64,000 nt of DNA from an uncultured Pseudomonadota bacterium (lineage in GTDB: Bacteria; Pseudomonadota; Alphaproteobacteria; JACZXZ01). The stretch covers positions 256,001 to 320,000 of the forward strand of contig CAVVLJ010000016.1 in the NCBI GenBank assembly GCA_963749075.1, written 5' to 3'. Under the pieces are notes generated by a model. It saw only the letters and a program-made list of their open reading frames with translations, made no database searches and was not told the origin of the DNA. This document shows positions 1 through 7,376 of this stretch, piece by piece. The number at the start of each line of letters is the position of its first letter. Positions within the stretch are counted from its first letter, which is position 1. Both the position numbers and the translations under genes were made by a program.

Positions 1-406
1 CATGGCCGACAGCGTGATCCCGGGCGGCGTGCCGGTCATCGCCGCCGACATGGCCGATCCGAAACCGCTCTTCCTCGAAGCCGGCGACGATCCGCGCCGC
101 GCCATCCGCCTCATGGAGGCGCGCATGGGAAGCCATCTGCCGGTGGTGCGCGACAAGGCGAGCATGCGCATGGTGGGTGTCGTCGACGTGCACGAGCTCG
201 TGCTCGCCTACCACAAGGCCCTCCTCGAGGCGCGCGCCGAGGAGCGCGGCGAGGGGCAGAAGCGCAGGTTCGTGCCGCGGCGGCACCATGCGCCCAAGGC
301 CCAGCCGGCCGCGAAGAGCGAGCAGAAGGCCGAGAAGAAGGTCGAGAAGAAGGCCGCCGCGGAAGCCGCGGCCGACGGCAAGCTCCACCCTGCCAAGACC
401 GCCTGA
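1..406 (+). CDS. C-terminal part of a CBS-domain protein (probably ClC chloride channel), 5' end outside window
   Basis: Frame open from window edge; CBS-like 'HLPVV...MVGVVDVHELVLAY'; Lys/Ala/Glu-rich tail. Confidence 0.6.
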   Translation, partial: MADSVIPGGVPVIAADMADPKPLFLEAGDDPRRAIRLMEARMGSHLPVVRDKASMRMVGVVDVHELVLAYHKALLEARAEERGEGQKRRFVPRRHHAPKAQPAAKSEQKAEKKVEKKAAAEAAADGKLHPAKTA

Positions 407-466
407 GGCCGATCTCCCGGCGCTGGCGTCCATCGGGGACCGCCCGAGGGGAGCCGGCGTGGCGTT

Positions 467-489
467 TAATACATATTAAATATGTATTA
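467..489. promoter_or_regulatory. AT-rich inverted repeat, candidate operator upstream of cysG promoter
   Basis: TAATACATAT-TAA-ATATGTATTA, perfect 10-bp arms. Confidence 0.5.
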
Positions 490-498
490 TTAAAATGA

Positions 499-527
499 TT
501 GACTATATTTATTGGCAGTACTAGTTT
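499..527 (+). promoter_or_regulatory. sigma70-like promoter of cys operon
   Basis: TTGACT-N17-TAGTTT. Confidence 0.55.
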
Positions 528-652
528 GATATTTCACGTCGCATTTCGAGATAATTAACTCGGCAGAGCCGCTAAATACCAGCACACATACGTTGTTATC
601 TGCGCATGCGCCGGTTTGACGGCGCCGACGGGGAGCAGCCGGAGCCGAGCCC

Positions 653-2053
653 ATGGATGTCTATCCCCTCTTTCTCAAGATTGCCGGCCGGCCCTGCCTT
701 CTTGTCGGCGGCGGTGCCGCGGCCGAGCGCAAGGCCGAGCTCCTGATGCGCGCGGGGGCGAGGCTCACCATCGTTGCCGAGCGCTTGACGCCGGGGCTCG
801 CCCGCGCGGCCGGGGCGGGGCGACTGCGGCATCTCGCGGCGCCGCTTGGCCCTGAGCAGTTCCGTGGCCAGGCCCTGGTCGTGGTGGCAAGCGAGGACGA
901 GGCGCTCGCGCGAGAGGCCTCGGTGCTCGCGCATGGCGCCGGCGTGCCGGTCAATGTGGTCGACCGGCCGGAGCTTTCCACGTGCATTGCCGGTGCCGTT
1001 GTCGACCGCTCGCCCGTGCTCGTCGCGATCACCACGGGCGGTGCGGCGCCCGTGCTGGCGCGCGAGCTGCGCCTTGCCATCGAGCGCTTGCTGCCGCCGT
1101 CGCTCGGCCGGCTCGCCGCCTTCGCCGAGCGCTTCCGTGCCGCCGCCAAGGCAGCGCTCCCGAGCCCGCGCGCGCGCCGGCGCTTCTGGGAGCGCTTCTT
1201 CGCAAGCGCTCTCGCCAAGGCCGTGCTGGCGGGCGACGAGGCCGGCGCGCAGGCCGCCATGGTGGCCCGCGTCAACCGCGGCGAGATGCGCGGGGAGGAT
1301 GTCGGGATCGTCCATCTCGTGGGCGCCGGACCGGGCGATCCCGAGCTCTTGACGCTGCGCGCCCATCGCCTGCTCGCCGAGGCGGATACGATCGTCTATG
1401 ACCGCCTCGTCGATCCGGCCGTGCTCGAGCTTGGCCGCCGCGACGCCGAGCGCATCCATGTCGGCAAGGCGGCGGGCCGCCACAGCCTCAGCCAGGACGA
1501 GATCAACGCGCTCCTCGCGCGCCTCGCCTCCCAAGGCAAGCGCGTGGTGCGGCTCAAGGGCGGCGATCCCTTCGTCTTTGGCCGCGGCGGCGAGGAGCTC
1601 GAGGCGCTGCGCGCGCGCGGCATCGCGGTTGCGGTGGTGCCGGGCGTCACTGCGGCTCTCGGCTGCGCTGCCGCCGCCGAGATCCCGCTCACCTACCGCG
1701 GACTCGCGAGCGCCGTCACCTTCGTCACCGCCTCCCAGCGCGACGGCGGCGAGCTCGATTGGGCGGCGCTCGCCCGCCTGCCGGGCACGCTCGCCATCTA
1801 TATGGGCGTCTCCCAGGCAGAGAGGATCGCGGAGCGCCTCGTCGCCCACGGCCGCCGCCCCGCGACGCCGGTCGCACTCGTCGAGAACGGCACGCGGCAG
1901 GGGGAGCGCGTCATCGTAGGAAAGCTCGGCGAGCTCGCCGCACTCGTCGAGGCGCACGGCATCGGCGCTCCGGCGCTCATCGTCGTGGGCGAGGTGGTGC
2001 GCTTGGCCAAGCCGGCAGCGCTCCCCGCCTTGCCGCTCGCGGCCAGCGCCTGA
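653..2053 (+). CDS. cysG: Siroheme synthase
   Basis: N-terminal dehydrogenase/ferrochelatase (LLVGGG, VNVVDRP) plus methyltransferase motifs (LVGAGPGDPELLT, RLKGGDPFVFGRGGEE). Confidence 0.95.
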   Translation: MDVYPLFLKIAGRPCLLVGGGAAAERKAELLMRAGARLTIVAERLTPGLARAAGAGRLRHLAAPLGPEQFRGQALVVVASEDEALAREASVLAHGAGVPVNVVDRPELSTCIAGAVVDRSPVLVAITTGGAAPVLARELRLAIERLLPPSLGRLAAFAERFRAAAKAALPSPRARRRFWERFFASALAKAVLAGDEAGAQAAMVARVNRGEMRGEDVGIVHLVGAGPGDPELLTLRAHRLLAEADTIVYDRLVDPAVLELGRRDAERIHVGKAAGRHSLSQDEINALLARLASQGKRVVRLKGGDPFVFGRGGEELEALRARGIAVAVVPGVTAALGCAAAAEIPLTYRGLASAVTFVTASQRDGGELDWAALARLPGTLAIYMGVSQAERIAERLVAHGRRPATPVALVENGTRQGERVIVGKLGELAALVEAHGIGAPALIVVGEVVRLAKPAALPALPLAASA

Positions 2054-2058
2054 GGAGC

Positions 2059-2364
2059 ATGGTCATGGCGCTCGAGATCGTCATCGCCAACCGCCTCTCG
2101 GACGGCCGCACGGTCTATCTCGCGGGGCACGGCTGGAGCGAGCGCATCGCCGAGGCCGAGACGGCAGCGGATGAGGCGGCGCGCGAGGCGCTCTTGGCGC
2201 GCGGCAAGCGCGCGGCCGCCGCCAACGAGGTCGTCGACCCCTATCTCATCGCGGTCGCCGAGGAGGCGGGCGGGCGCCTACCGTTGCGCCGGCGCGAGCG
2301 CATCCGCAGCCAAGGCCCCACGGTCGCGGCCGGCCAGGAGCAGCGCGAAGAGGAGGTTGCCTGA
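2059..2364 (+). CDS. DUF2849 family protein
   Basis: 'IANRLSDGRTVYL', 'VVDPYLI', 'RERIRSQGPT'; canonical position between cysG and cysI; SD GAGGAG (alternative start 2065). Confidence 0.85.
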   Translation: MVMALEIVIANRLSDGRTVYLAGHGWSERIAEAETAADEAAREALLARGKRAAAANEVVDPYLIAVAEEAGGRLPLRRRERIRSQGPTVAAGQEQREEEVA

Positions 2365-2367
2365 GCC

Positions 2368-4023
2368 ATGTATAGCTACGACGAATTCGATCAGCGCCTG
2401 GTCGAGGAGCGCGTCGCCCAGTTCCGCGACCAGGTTGCGCGGCGCCTCTCTGGCGAGCTCAGCGAGGAGGAGTTCAAGCCGCTCCGGCTGATGAACGGGC
2501 TCTACCTGCAGCTCCACTCCTACATGCTGCGCGTCGCCATTCCCTATGGCGTGCTCTCGGCCGTGCAGCTCTGCGCCCTCGCCCGCATCGCGCGGCGCTA
2601 CGACAAGGGCTACGGCCATTTCACCACGCGCCAGAACATCCAGTTCCACTGGGTGGCGCTCTCCGAGGTGCCCGACATCCTGGCCGAGCTCGCAAGCGTC
2701 GGCATGCACGCGATCCAGACGAGCGGCAACAGCCTGCGCAACACCACCGCCGACCATTATGCCGGCGTCGCCGCCGACGAGGCGGCCGACCCGCGCGTCT
2801 ATGCCGAGATCATCCGGCAATGGTCGACGCTCCACCCGGAGTTCTCCTTCCTGCCGCGCAAGTTCAAGATTGCGCTGAGCGCAGGCGAGCGCGACCGCGC
2901 CGCGGTCAAGACCCACGACATCGGCCTTTTCGTGCGCCGCGACGGCGCGGGCAGGCTCGGCTTCGAGGTGCTGGTCGGCGGCGGCCAGGGACGCACGCCG
3001 ATCCTGGCGAAGCGCGTGCGCGAGTTCCTCCCCGAGGCACACCTCCTCTCCTATCTCGAGGCCATCTTGCGCGTCTTCAACGAGCTCGGCCGGCGCGACA
3101 ACCTCTACAAGGCGCGCATCAAGATCCTGGTGCACGAGCTCGGCATCGAGAAGTTCGCCGAGCTCGTCGAGGCCGAGTGGCAGGCGATCAAGGACGGCGC
3201 CCTCAAGCTGCCGGTGGAGGAGATCGAGCGCATCCGCGACCACTTCGCACCGCCCGCCTATGAGGAGATCGCGACACCCGTGGCAGCGCTCGAGGCGAGG
3301 CGGCGCGAGGATGCCGCCTTCGCGCGCTGGCTCAGCCATAACACGGCGGCGCATTTCAAGCCCGGCTACGCAATCGTCAACCTCTCGCTCAAGGCGATCG
3401 GGCAGGTGCCGGGCGACATGAGCGCCGAGCAGATGGACGCCGTGGCGACACTCGTGGAGCGCTATAGCCTGGGCGAGCTCCGCGTCACCCACGAGCAGAA
3501 CCTGACGCTGCCCCACGTCAAGGCCGCCGATCTCCATGCGCTGTGGCAGGCCATCCTGCCGCTTGGCCTCGCCACACCCAACATCGGCCTCGCGAGCGAC
3601 ATCATCGCCTGCCCAGGGCTCGACTATTGCGCGCTCGCCAATGCCCGCTCGATCCCCATAGCCCAGCGCATCTCCGAGCGCCTCGCCAGCCTCGAGCGCC
3701 AGGAGGAGGTGGGCGAGCTGCGCATCAAGATCTCGGGCTGCATCAACGCCTGCGGCCACCACCACGTCGGCCACATCGGCATCCTCGGCGTCGACAAGCA
3801 GGGCGAGGAGTTCTACCAGATGACCCTCGGCGGCCACGCCGAGGCGGACGCCTCGCTCGGCACCATCGTCGGCCCGGCCTTCTCGAGTGCGGACATCGTG
3901 GACGCGGTCGAGCGCGTGGTCGAGGCCTATCTCGGTTTGCGCGAGGGCGGCGAGCGCTTCATCGACACCTACCGCCGCTTGGGTCTCGAGCCCTTCAAGG
4001 AGACGCTCTATGCCGCTCATTAA
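2368..4023 (+). CDS. cysI: Nitrite/sulfite reductase hemoprotein
   Basis: RLMNGLYLQLH, HFTTRQN, FLPRKFK, and 4Fe-4S/siroheme ligands CPGLDYC and GCINACG. Confidence 0.93.
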   Translation: MYSYDEFDQRLVEERVAQFRDQVARRLSGELSEEEFKPLRLMNGLYLQLHSYMLRVAIPYGVLSAVQLCALARIARRYDKGYGHFTTRQNIQFHWVALSEVPDILAELASVGMHAIQTSGNSLRNTTADHYAGVAADEAADPRVYAEIIRQWSTLHPEFSFLPRKFKIALSAGERDRAAVKTHDIGLFVRRDGAGRLGFEVLVGGGQGRTPILAKRVREFLPEAHLLSYLEAILRVFNELGRRDNLYKARIKILVHELGIEKFAELVEAEWQAIKDGALKLPVEEIERIRDHFAPPAYEEIATPVAALEARRREDAAFARWLSHNTAAHFKPGYAIVNLSLKAIGQVPGDMSAEQMDAVATLVERYSLGELRVTHEQNLTLPHVKAADLHALWQAILPLGLATPNIGLASDIIACPGLDYCALANARSIPIAQRISERLASLERQEEVGELRIKISGCINACGHHHVGHIGILGVDKQGEEFYQMTLGGHAEADASLGTIVGPAFSSADIVDAVERVVEAYLGLREGGERFIDTYRRLGLEPFKETLYAAH

Positions 4024-4549
4024 GGCGGGCAAGCTGGCGGACGATCCCTGGCGCCTCCTCGCCGACGACGAGGCAGCGCCCGCCGAGGGGCCCATCGTCG
4101 TCGGCCTCGAGCGCTTCAGGCGCGAGCAGAACGCGCTTCTCGCCCGCGAGGGCCCGCTCGGCATCCGCCTCAAGGCGGGCCAGCACCCGCGAGCGATCGC
4201 CGAGAACGTGCAGCGCTTCGCCCTCATCGCACTCGAGTTCGCCAAATTCACCGACGGGCGCGCCTATTCCTACGCGCGGACTTTGCGCGAGCGCTACGGC
4301 TACCGCGGCGAGCTGCGCGCCGTGGGCCATGTCCTGCGCGACCAGCTTCTCTTCATGCAGCGCTGCGGCTTCGATTCTTTCGAGCTCGCGCGCGCCGACG
4401 CCGCCGAGGCTTTCGCCAAGGCGCTCGCCGAGTTGAGCGTGTGGTACCAGCCGGCGGCGGACGGGCGCGCGACGGCCGAAACGCTCCGGCGATCTCCCTC
4501 TCCTCCTTTAGGAGGAGAGGGTCGGGGTGAGGAGGCGCGCCCGCGCTAA
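4010..4549 (+). CDS. DUF934 family protein
   Basis: 'FAKFTDGRAYSYAR...ELRAVGHVLRDQLLFMQRCGFDSF'; start overlaps cysI 3' end. Confidence 0.9.
   Translation: MPLIKAGKLADDPWRLLADDEAAPAEGPIVVGLERFRREQNALLAREGPLGIRLKAGQHPRAIAENVQRFALIALEFAKFTDGRAYSYARTLRERYGYRGELRAVGHVLRDQLLFMQRCGFDSFELARADAAEAFAKALAELSVWYQPAADGRATAETLRRSPSPPLGGEGRGEEARPR
4496..4532. repeat. Alphaproteobacterial palindromic repeat within the DUF934 3' coding end
   Basis: CCCTCTCCTCCT-TT-AGGAGGAGAGGG (12-bp arms) followed by TCGGGGTGAGG. Confidence 0.75.
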
Positions 4550-4920
4550 GCCGCGGAGCGCGTCTCATAGCGTTGCACCAGCACCTCGGCCGGAATCTGC
4601 AAGAGCTCGCTCAGGGCGCGGACCATGGGCAAGGTCAGCGGGCGTCTGCGGTTGAGGATTTCCGACACGCGCCCGCGGCTGCCGATCGCCGGCTCGAGAT
4701 CGCGGCGGGAGAGCCCCTTCTGCTCCATCATGAACTCGACCGCCGCGATCGGGTCAGGCGGGGCGATCGGAAAATGCTCGGCCTCGTAGGCCTCGATGAG
4801 GGTGACCAGCACGTCCGCGCGGTCGCCCTCCGGCGTGCCCGGCTCGGCATCCCAAAAGCGCTCGGCTTCCTTGAGAGCGGCACGGTGGTCGGCCTTCGTC
4901 CTGATGGGACGGATTTCCAT
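4546..4920 (-). CDS. higA: HigA-like HTH antitoxin / transcriptional regulator
   Basis: 'IRPIRT..DH..AL...LVTLIEAYE...PDPI.AVEFMMEQKGL...IGSRGRVSEILNRRRPLTL'. Confidence 0.85.
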   Translation of the reverse strand: MEIRPIRTKADHRAALKEAERFWDAEPGTPEGDRADVLVTLIEAYEAEHFPIAPPDPIAAVEFMMEQKGLSRRDLEPAIGSRGRVSEILNRRRPLTLPMVRALSELLQIPAEVLVQRYETRSAA

Positions 4921-4932
4921 GACGAGCGCTCC

Positions 4933-4974
4933 TCACACTCTCTTCGCGTCGACTCAATCGTATTCCCTGTGGGA
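4933..4974 (-). pseudogene. 3' remnant of HigB toxin gene
   Basis: Translates SHREYD*VDAKRV*, resembling the HigB C-terminus (THxEYDxIDAxxV), directly upstream of higA. Confidence 0.65.
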
Positions 4975-4988
4975 GACACACGCGCGTG

Positions 4989-5017
4989 TTGACAGAGGAA
5001 AATCATAGCGATAACCT
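4989..5017 (+). promoter_or_regulatory. sigma70 promoter of riboswitch-rhodanese-metZ transcript
   Basis: TTGACA-N17-TAACCT; inferred start near 5024, just before aptamer 1. Confidence 0.75.
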
Positions 5018-5024
5018 GCGCTCA

Positions 5025-5076
5025 TCGCGCCGATTTGAGTTCAGCTTGCGGGCGCGGAAAAAATGCCGCTAAAGCG
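5025..5076 (+). ncRNA. SAM-II (SAM-alpha) riboswitch aptamer 1
   Basis: P1 CGCGCC(5026-31)/GGCGCG(5051-56), loop GATTTG...GCTTGC, A-rich linker, CGCTAAAG; upstream of metZ. Confidence 0.8.
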
Positions 5077-5084
5077 ACGGGACG

Positions 5085-5119
5085 ACCGCCCGGCGGCAGC
5101 GCTGCGGCGGTTTTTTGTT
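5085..5119 (+). terminator. Candidate intrinsic terminator between the two aptamers
   Basis: ACCGCC/GGCGGT stem followed by TTTTTGTT. Confidence 0.6.
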
Positions 5120-5145
5120 GGGCCTGGTCCGGGCCGTGTCCGGAC

Positions 5146-5221
5146 CCGCGGGATTTGACGGGCAGCTTGCGCCGCGTGTTCCACCGCTAAAGCGCCACGG
5201 GGATGACCTCCGTGGGCCCGT
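5146..5221 (+). ncRNA. SAM-II riboswitch aptamer 2 (long-loop type)
   Basis: P1 CGCGG/CCGCG, GATTTG...GCTTGC, CGCTAAAG, inserted hairpin 5195-5215, ACGGGC(5158-63)/GCCCGT(5216-21) pairing. Confidence 0.7.
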
Positions 5222-5248
5222 GTAACCCAAGTGAAGGAGGGCATCCGC

Positions 5249-5317
5249 ATGTCTCCGCTGCTCCATACTCCGCAATACCCGTCTCAGTCTCCTCTCGCGG
5301 GGAGGGCCGTGCGATGA
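5249..5317 (+). CDS. Putative 22-aa leader uORF (MSPLLHTPQYPSQSPLAGRAVR)
   Basis: Strong SD GAAGGAGG 8 nt upstream; stop overlaps rhodanese start (ATGA). Confidence 0.45.
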   Translation: MSPLLHTPQYPSQSPLAGRAVR

Positions 5318-5739
5318 GCGGAGAGGCTTACGCCGGCGACGTCGACGCACTCCGCGCCTGGGAGATCCTCAAGGACGATGCGAAGGCGGTCCTGGTCGAC
5401 GTGCGCACCAGGCCCGAGTGCCGCTACGTCGGCCATCCCGACTTGAAGGCGCTCGGCCGCGAGCCGGTCTTCGTCGAGTGGCAGGCCTATCCCGACCTCG
5501 CGCACAACCAGCGCTTTGCCGACGAGCTCGCCGAGAAGGGCGTCGCCAAGGACGCGACACTCCTCCTCCTCTGCCGCTCGGGCGGGCGCTCCAAGTCCGC
5601 GGCCATCCTCCTGACCAAGCTCGGCTACCGCTGCTGCTACAACGTGGCCGACGGCTTCGAGGGGGCCAAGGACGGCCAAGGCCACCGCGGCGTCAGCGGC
5701 GGCTGGAAGGCCGCGGGCCTGCCCTGGCAGCAGGACTGA
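5314..5739 (+). CDS. Rhodanese-like sulfurtransferase
   Basis: LVDVRT, active-site loop LCRSGGRS, NVADGFEG, GWKAAGLPW. Confidence 0.9.
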   Translation: MSGEAYAGDVDALRAWEILKDDAKAVLVDVRTRPECRYVGHPDLKALGREPVFVEWQAYPDLAHNQRFADELAEKGVAKDATLLLLCRSGGRSKSAAILLTKLGYRCCYNVADGFEGAKDGQGHRGVSGGWKAAGLPWQQD

Positions 5740-5756
5740 GCCCGGGGGGCACCACG

Positions 5757-6962
5757 ATGGCAAAGGGCAAGAAGAGCGTCGCGGACGCCTGGCGTCCTCA
5801 GACGCGGCTCGTGCGCGGCGGCACGGTCCGCTCCGGCCACGGCGAGACGAGCGAGGCGATCTTCCTCACCTCGGGATTCGTCTACGAGAGCGCCGAGGAG
5901 GCCGAGGCGCGATTTAAGGGCGAGGCGCCGGGCTTCATCTATTCGCGCTATGGCAATCCCACGGTCGCCATGTTCGAGAAGCGCATGGCGCTCCTCGAAG
6001 GGGCCGAGGCCTGTTTTGCCACGGCGACCGGCATGGCGGCGGTCTTCGCCTCGCTCATGTGCCAGCTCCGTGCCGGCCAGCGCGTGGTGGCGGCGCGCGC
6101 ACTCTTCGGCTCGTGCCACTTCATCATCACCCAGCTCCTGCCGCGCTGGGGTATTGAGACCGAGCTCGTCGACGGGCCCGACTTAGCACAGTGGCGGGCG
6201 GCGCTGGCACCGGGTGCTGCGGCGGTGTTCTTCGAGACGCCGGCCAATCCGACGCTCGAGCTCATCGACATCGCCGCGGTCGCCAAGCTCGCCCATGCCG
6301 CGGGTGCGGTGGTCATCGTCGACAACGTGTTCTCGACGCCGGTGCTGCAGCGCCCGCTGCCGCTCGGCGCCGACATCGTCGTCTATTCCGCGACCAAGCA
6401 CATCGACGGGCAGGGCAGGGCGCTCGGCGGCGCCATCCTCTCGAGCGACAAGTTCTACCGCGAGCAGCTCATGCCCTTCATGCGCCACACCGGGCCGGCC
6501 TTGAGCCCGTTCAACGCCTGGATCATGCTCAAGGGCCTCGAGACGCTGGGGCCGCGCGTCGAGCGCCACGCGCAGAACGCCCGCAAAGTGGCCGACTTCC
6601 TGGCCGGCGAGAAGGCCGTCGCCCGGGTGCTCTATCCCGGCCACAAGAGCCATCCGCAATACCGCCTGGCGCGGCGCCAGATGGCCGGGCCCGGCACCAT
6701 GGTGAGCTTCGAGCTCAAGGCCGGCAAGACGGGCGCCTTCCGCTTCCTCAATGCGCTCGAGGTCATCGACATCTCGAACAACCTGGGCGACGCCAAGTCG
6801 CTCGTCACCCATCCGGCGACCACGACGCACCGCGCCGTGGGTGCCGAGGAGCGCGCCCGCATGGGCATCGGGGACGGGCTGGTGCGCCTCTCGGTCGGGC
6901 TCGAGGACGCGGACGACTTGATCGACGACCTCGCGCGCGGCCTCAAGGCGGCGGGGCGCTGA
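5757..6962 (+). CDS. metZ: O-succinylhomoserine sulfhydrylase
   Basis: GETSEAIFLTSGFVY, YSRYGNPT, PLP lysine motif YSATKHIDGQGR, ISNNLGDAKSL. Confidence 0.92.
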   Translation: MAKGKKSVADAWRPQTRLVRGGTVRSGHGETSEAIFLTSGFVYESAEEAEARFKGEAPGFIYSRYGNPTVAMFEKRMALLEGAEACFATATGMAAVFASLMCQLRAGQRVVAARALFGSCHFIITQLLPRWGIETELVDGPDLAQWRAALAPGAAAVFFETPANPTLELIDIAAVAKLAHAAGAVVIVDNVFSTPVLQRPLPLGADIVVYSATKHIDGQGRALGGAILSSDKFYREQLMPFMRHTGPALSPFNAWIMLKGLETLGPRVERHAQNARKVADFLAGEKAVARVLYPGHKSHPQYRLARRQMAGPGTMVSFELKAGKTGAFRFLNALEVIDISNNLGDAKSLVTHPATTTHRAVGAEERARMGIGDGLVRLSVGLEDADDLIDDLARGLKAAGR

Positions 6963-6975
6963 GAGACGGTGCCAT

Positions 6976-7063
6976 CCCTCACCCGGCTCGCTTCGCTCGC
7001 CACCCTCTCCCGCTTGCGGGAGAGGGACGGGGCCCATCGCGCCAGCGATGGGAAGGGTGAGGG
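6976..7063. repeat. Composite palindromic element (REP/RIME/CIR-like)
   Basis: Outer CCCTCACCC/GGGTGAGGG enclosing hairpins CCCTCTCCCGC-TT-GCGGGAGAGGG and CCCATCGC-GCCA-GCGATGGG. Confidence 0.8.
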
Positions 7064-7145
7064 ACCTCCGGCGGCGGAGGGATTGACCCGTCCCGGCCGG
7101 CGCATCAAGATTCGCCATCGGACGATGGAAGCGGCAGGACATGCC

Positions 7146-7337
7146 ATGATCGAGGTCATCATCGAGCGCTGGACCCAGCGCGACGGTCACACGGATTTCA
7201 TGTGGTCGATCTGGCACGACGGCAAGCGCGCGGCCATGAGCGACCCTCTCGACACCTCCGAGGCGGCCGAGGCGCAGGCGCTCGCCGTGTGCCGGAAGAG
7301 CTTCAAGCGCGAGCCGGACCGCATCACCAGGCTTTGA
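7146..7337 (+). CDS. Small hypothetical protein (63 aa)
   Basis: Host-like codon usage, SD-like AGGA, upstream TTGACC-N17-CAAGAT. Confidence 0.6.
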   Translation: MIEVIIERWTQRDGHTDFMWSIWHDGKRAAMSDPLDTSEAAEAQALAVCRKSFKREPDRITRL

Positions 7338-7376
7338 CCGGCCTGCCGGCACTCGCGCCCGCCGGCCGAGCCCGCC

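Noticed and set aside
536-580. Possible SAM-II/SAM-V-like motif in the cysG leader (GCATTT...CGCTAAAT)
   Set aside because: No TTGC element and no convincing P1 stem; would need a covariance-model hit
2278-4251. Long antisense ORFs (also 596-1957, 12118-14601, 15000-16598, 60111-62045, 62045-63814)
   Set aside because: Shadow ORFs opposite well-supported genes, expected in high-GC DNA
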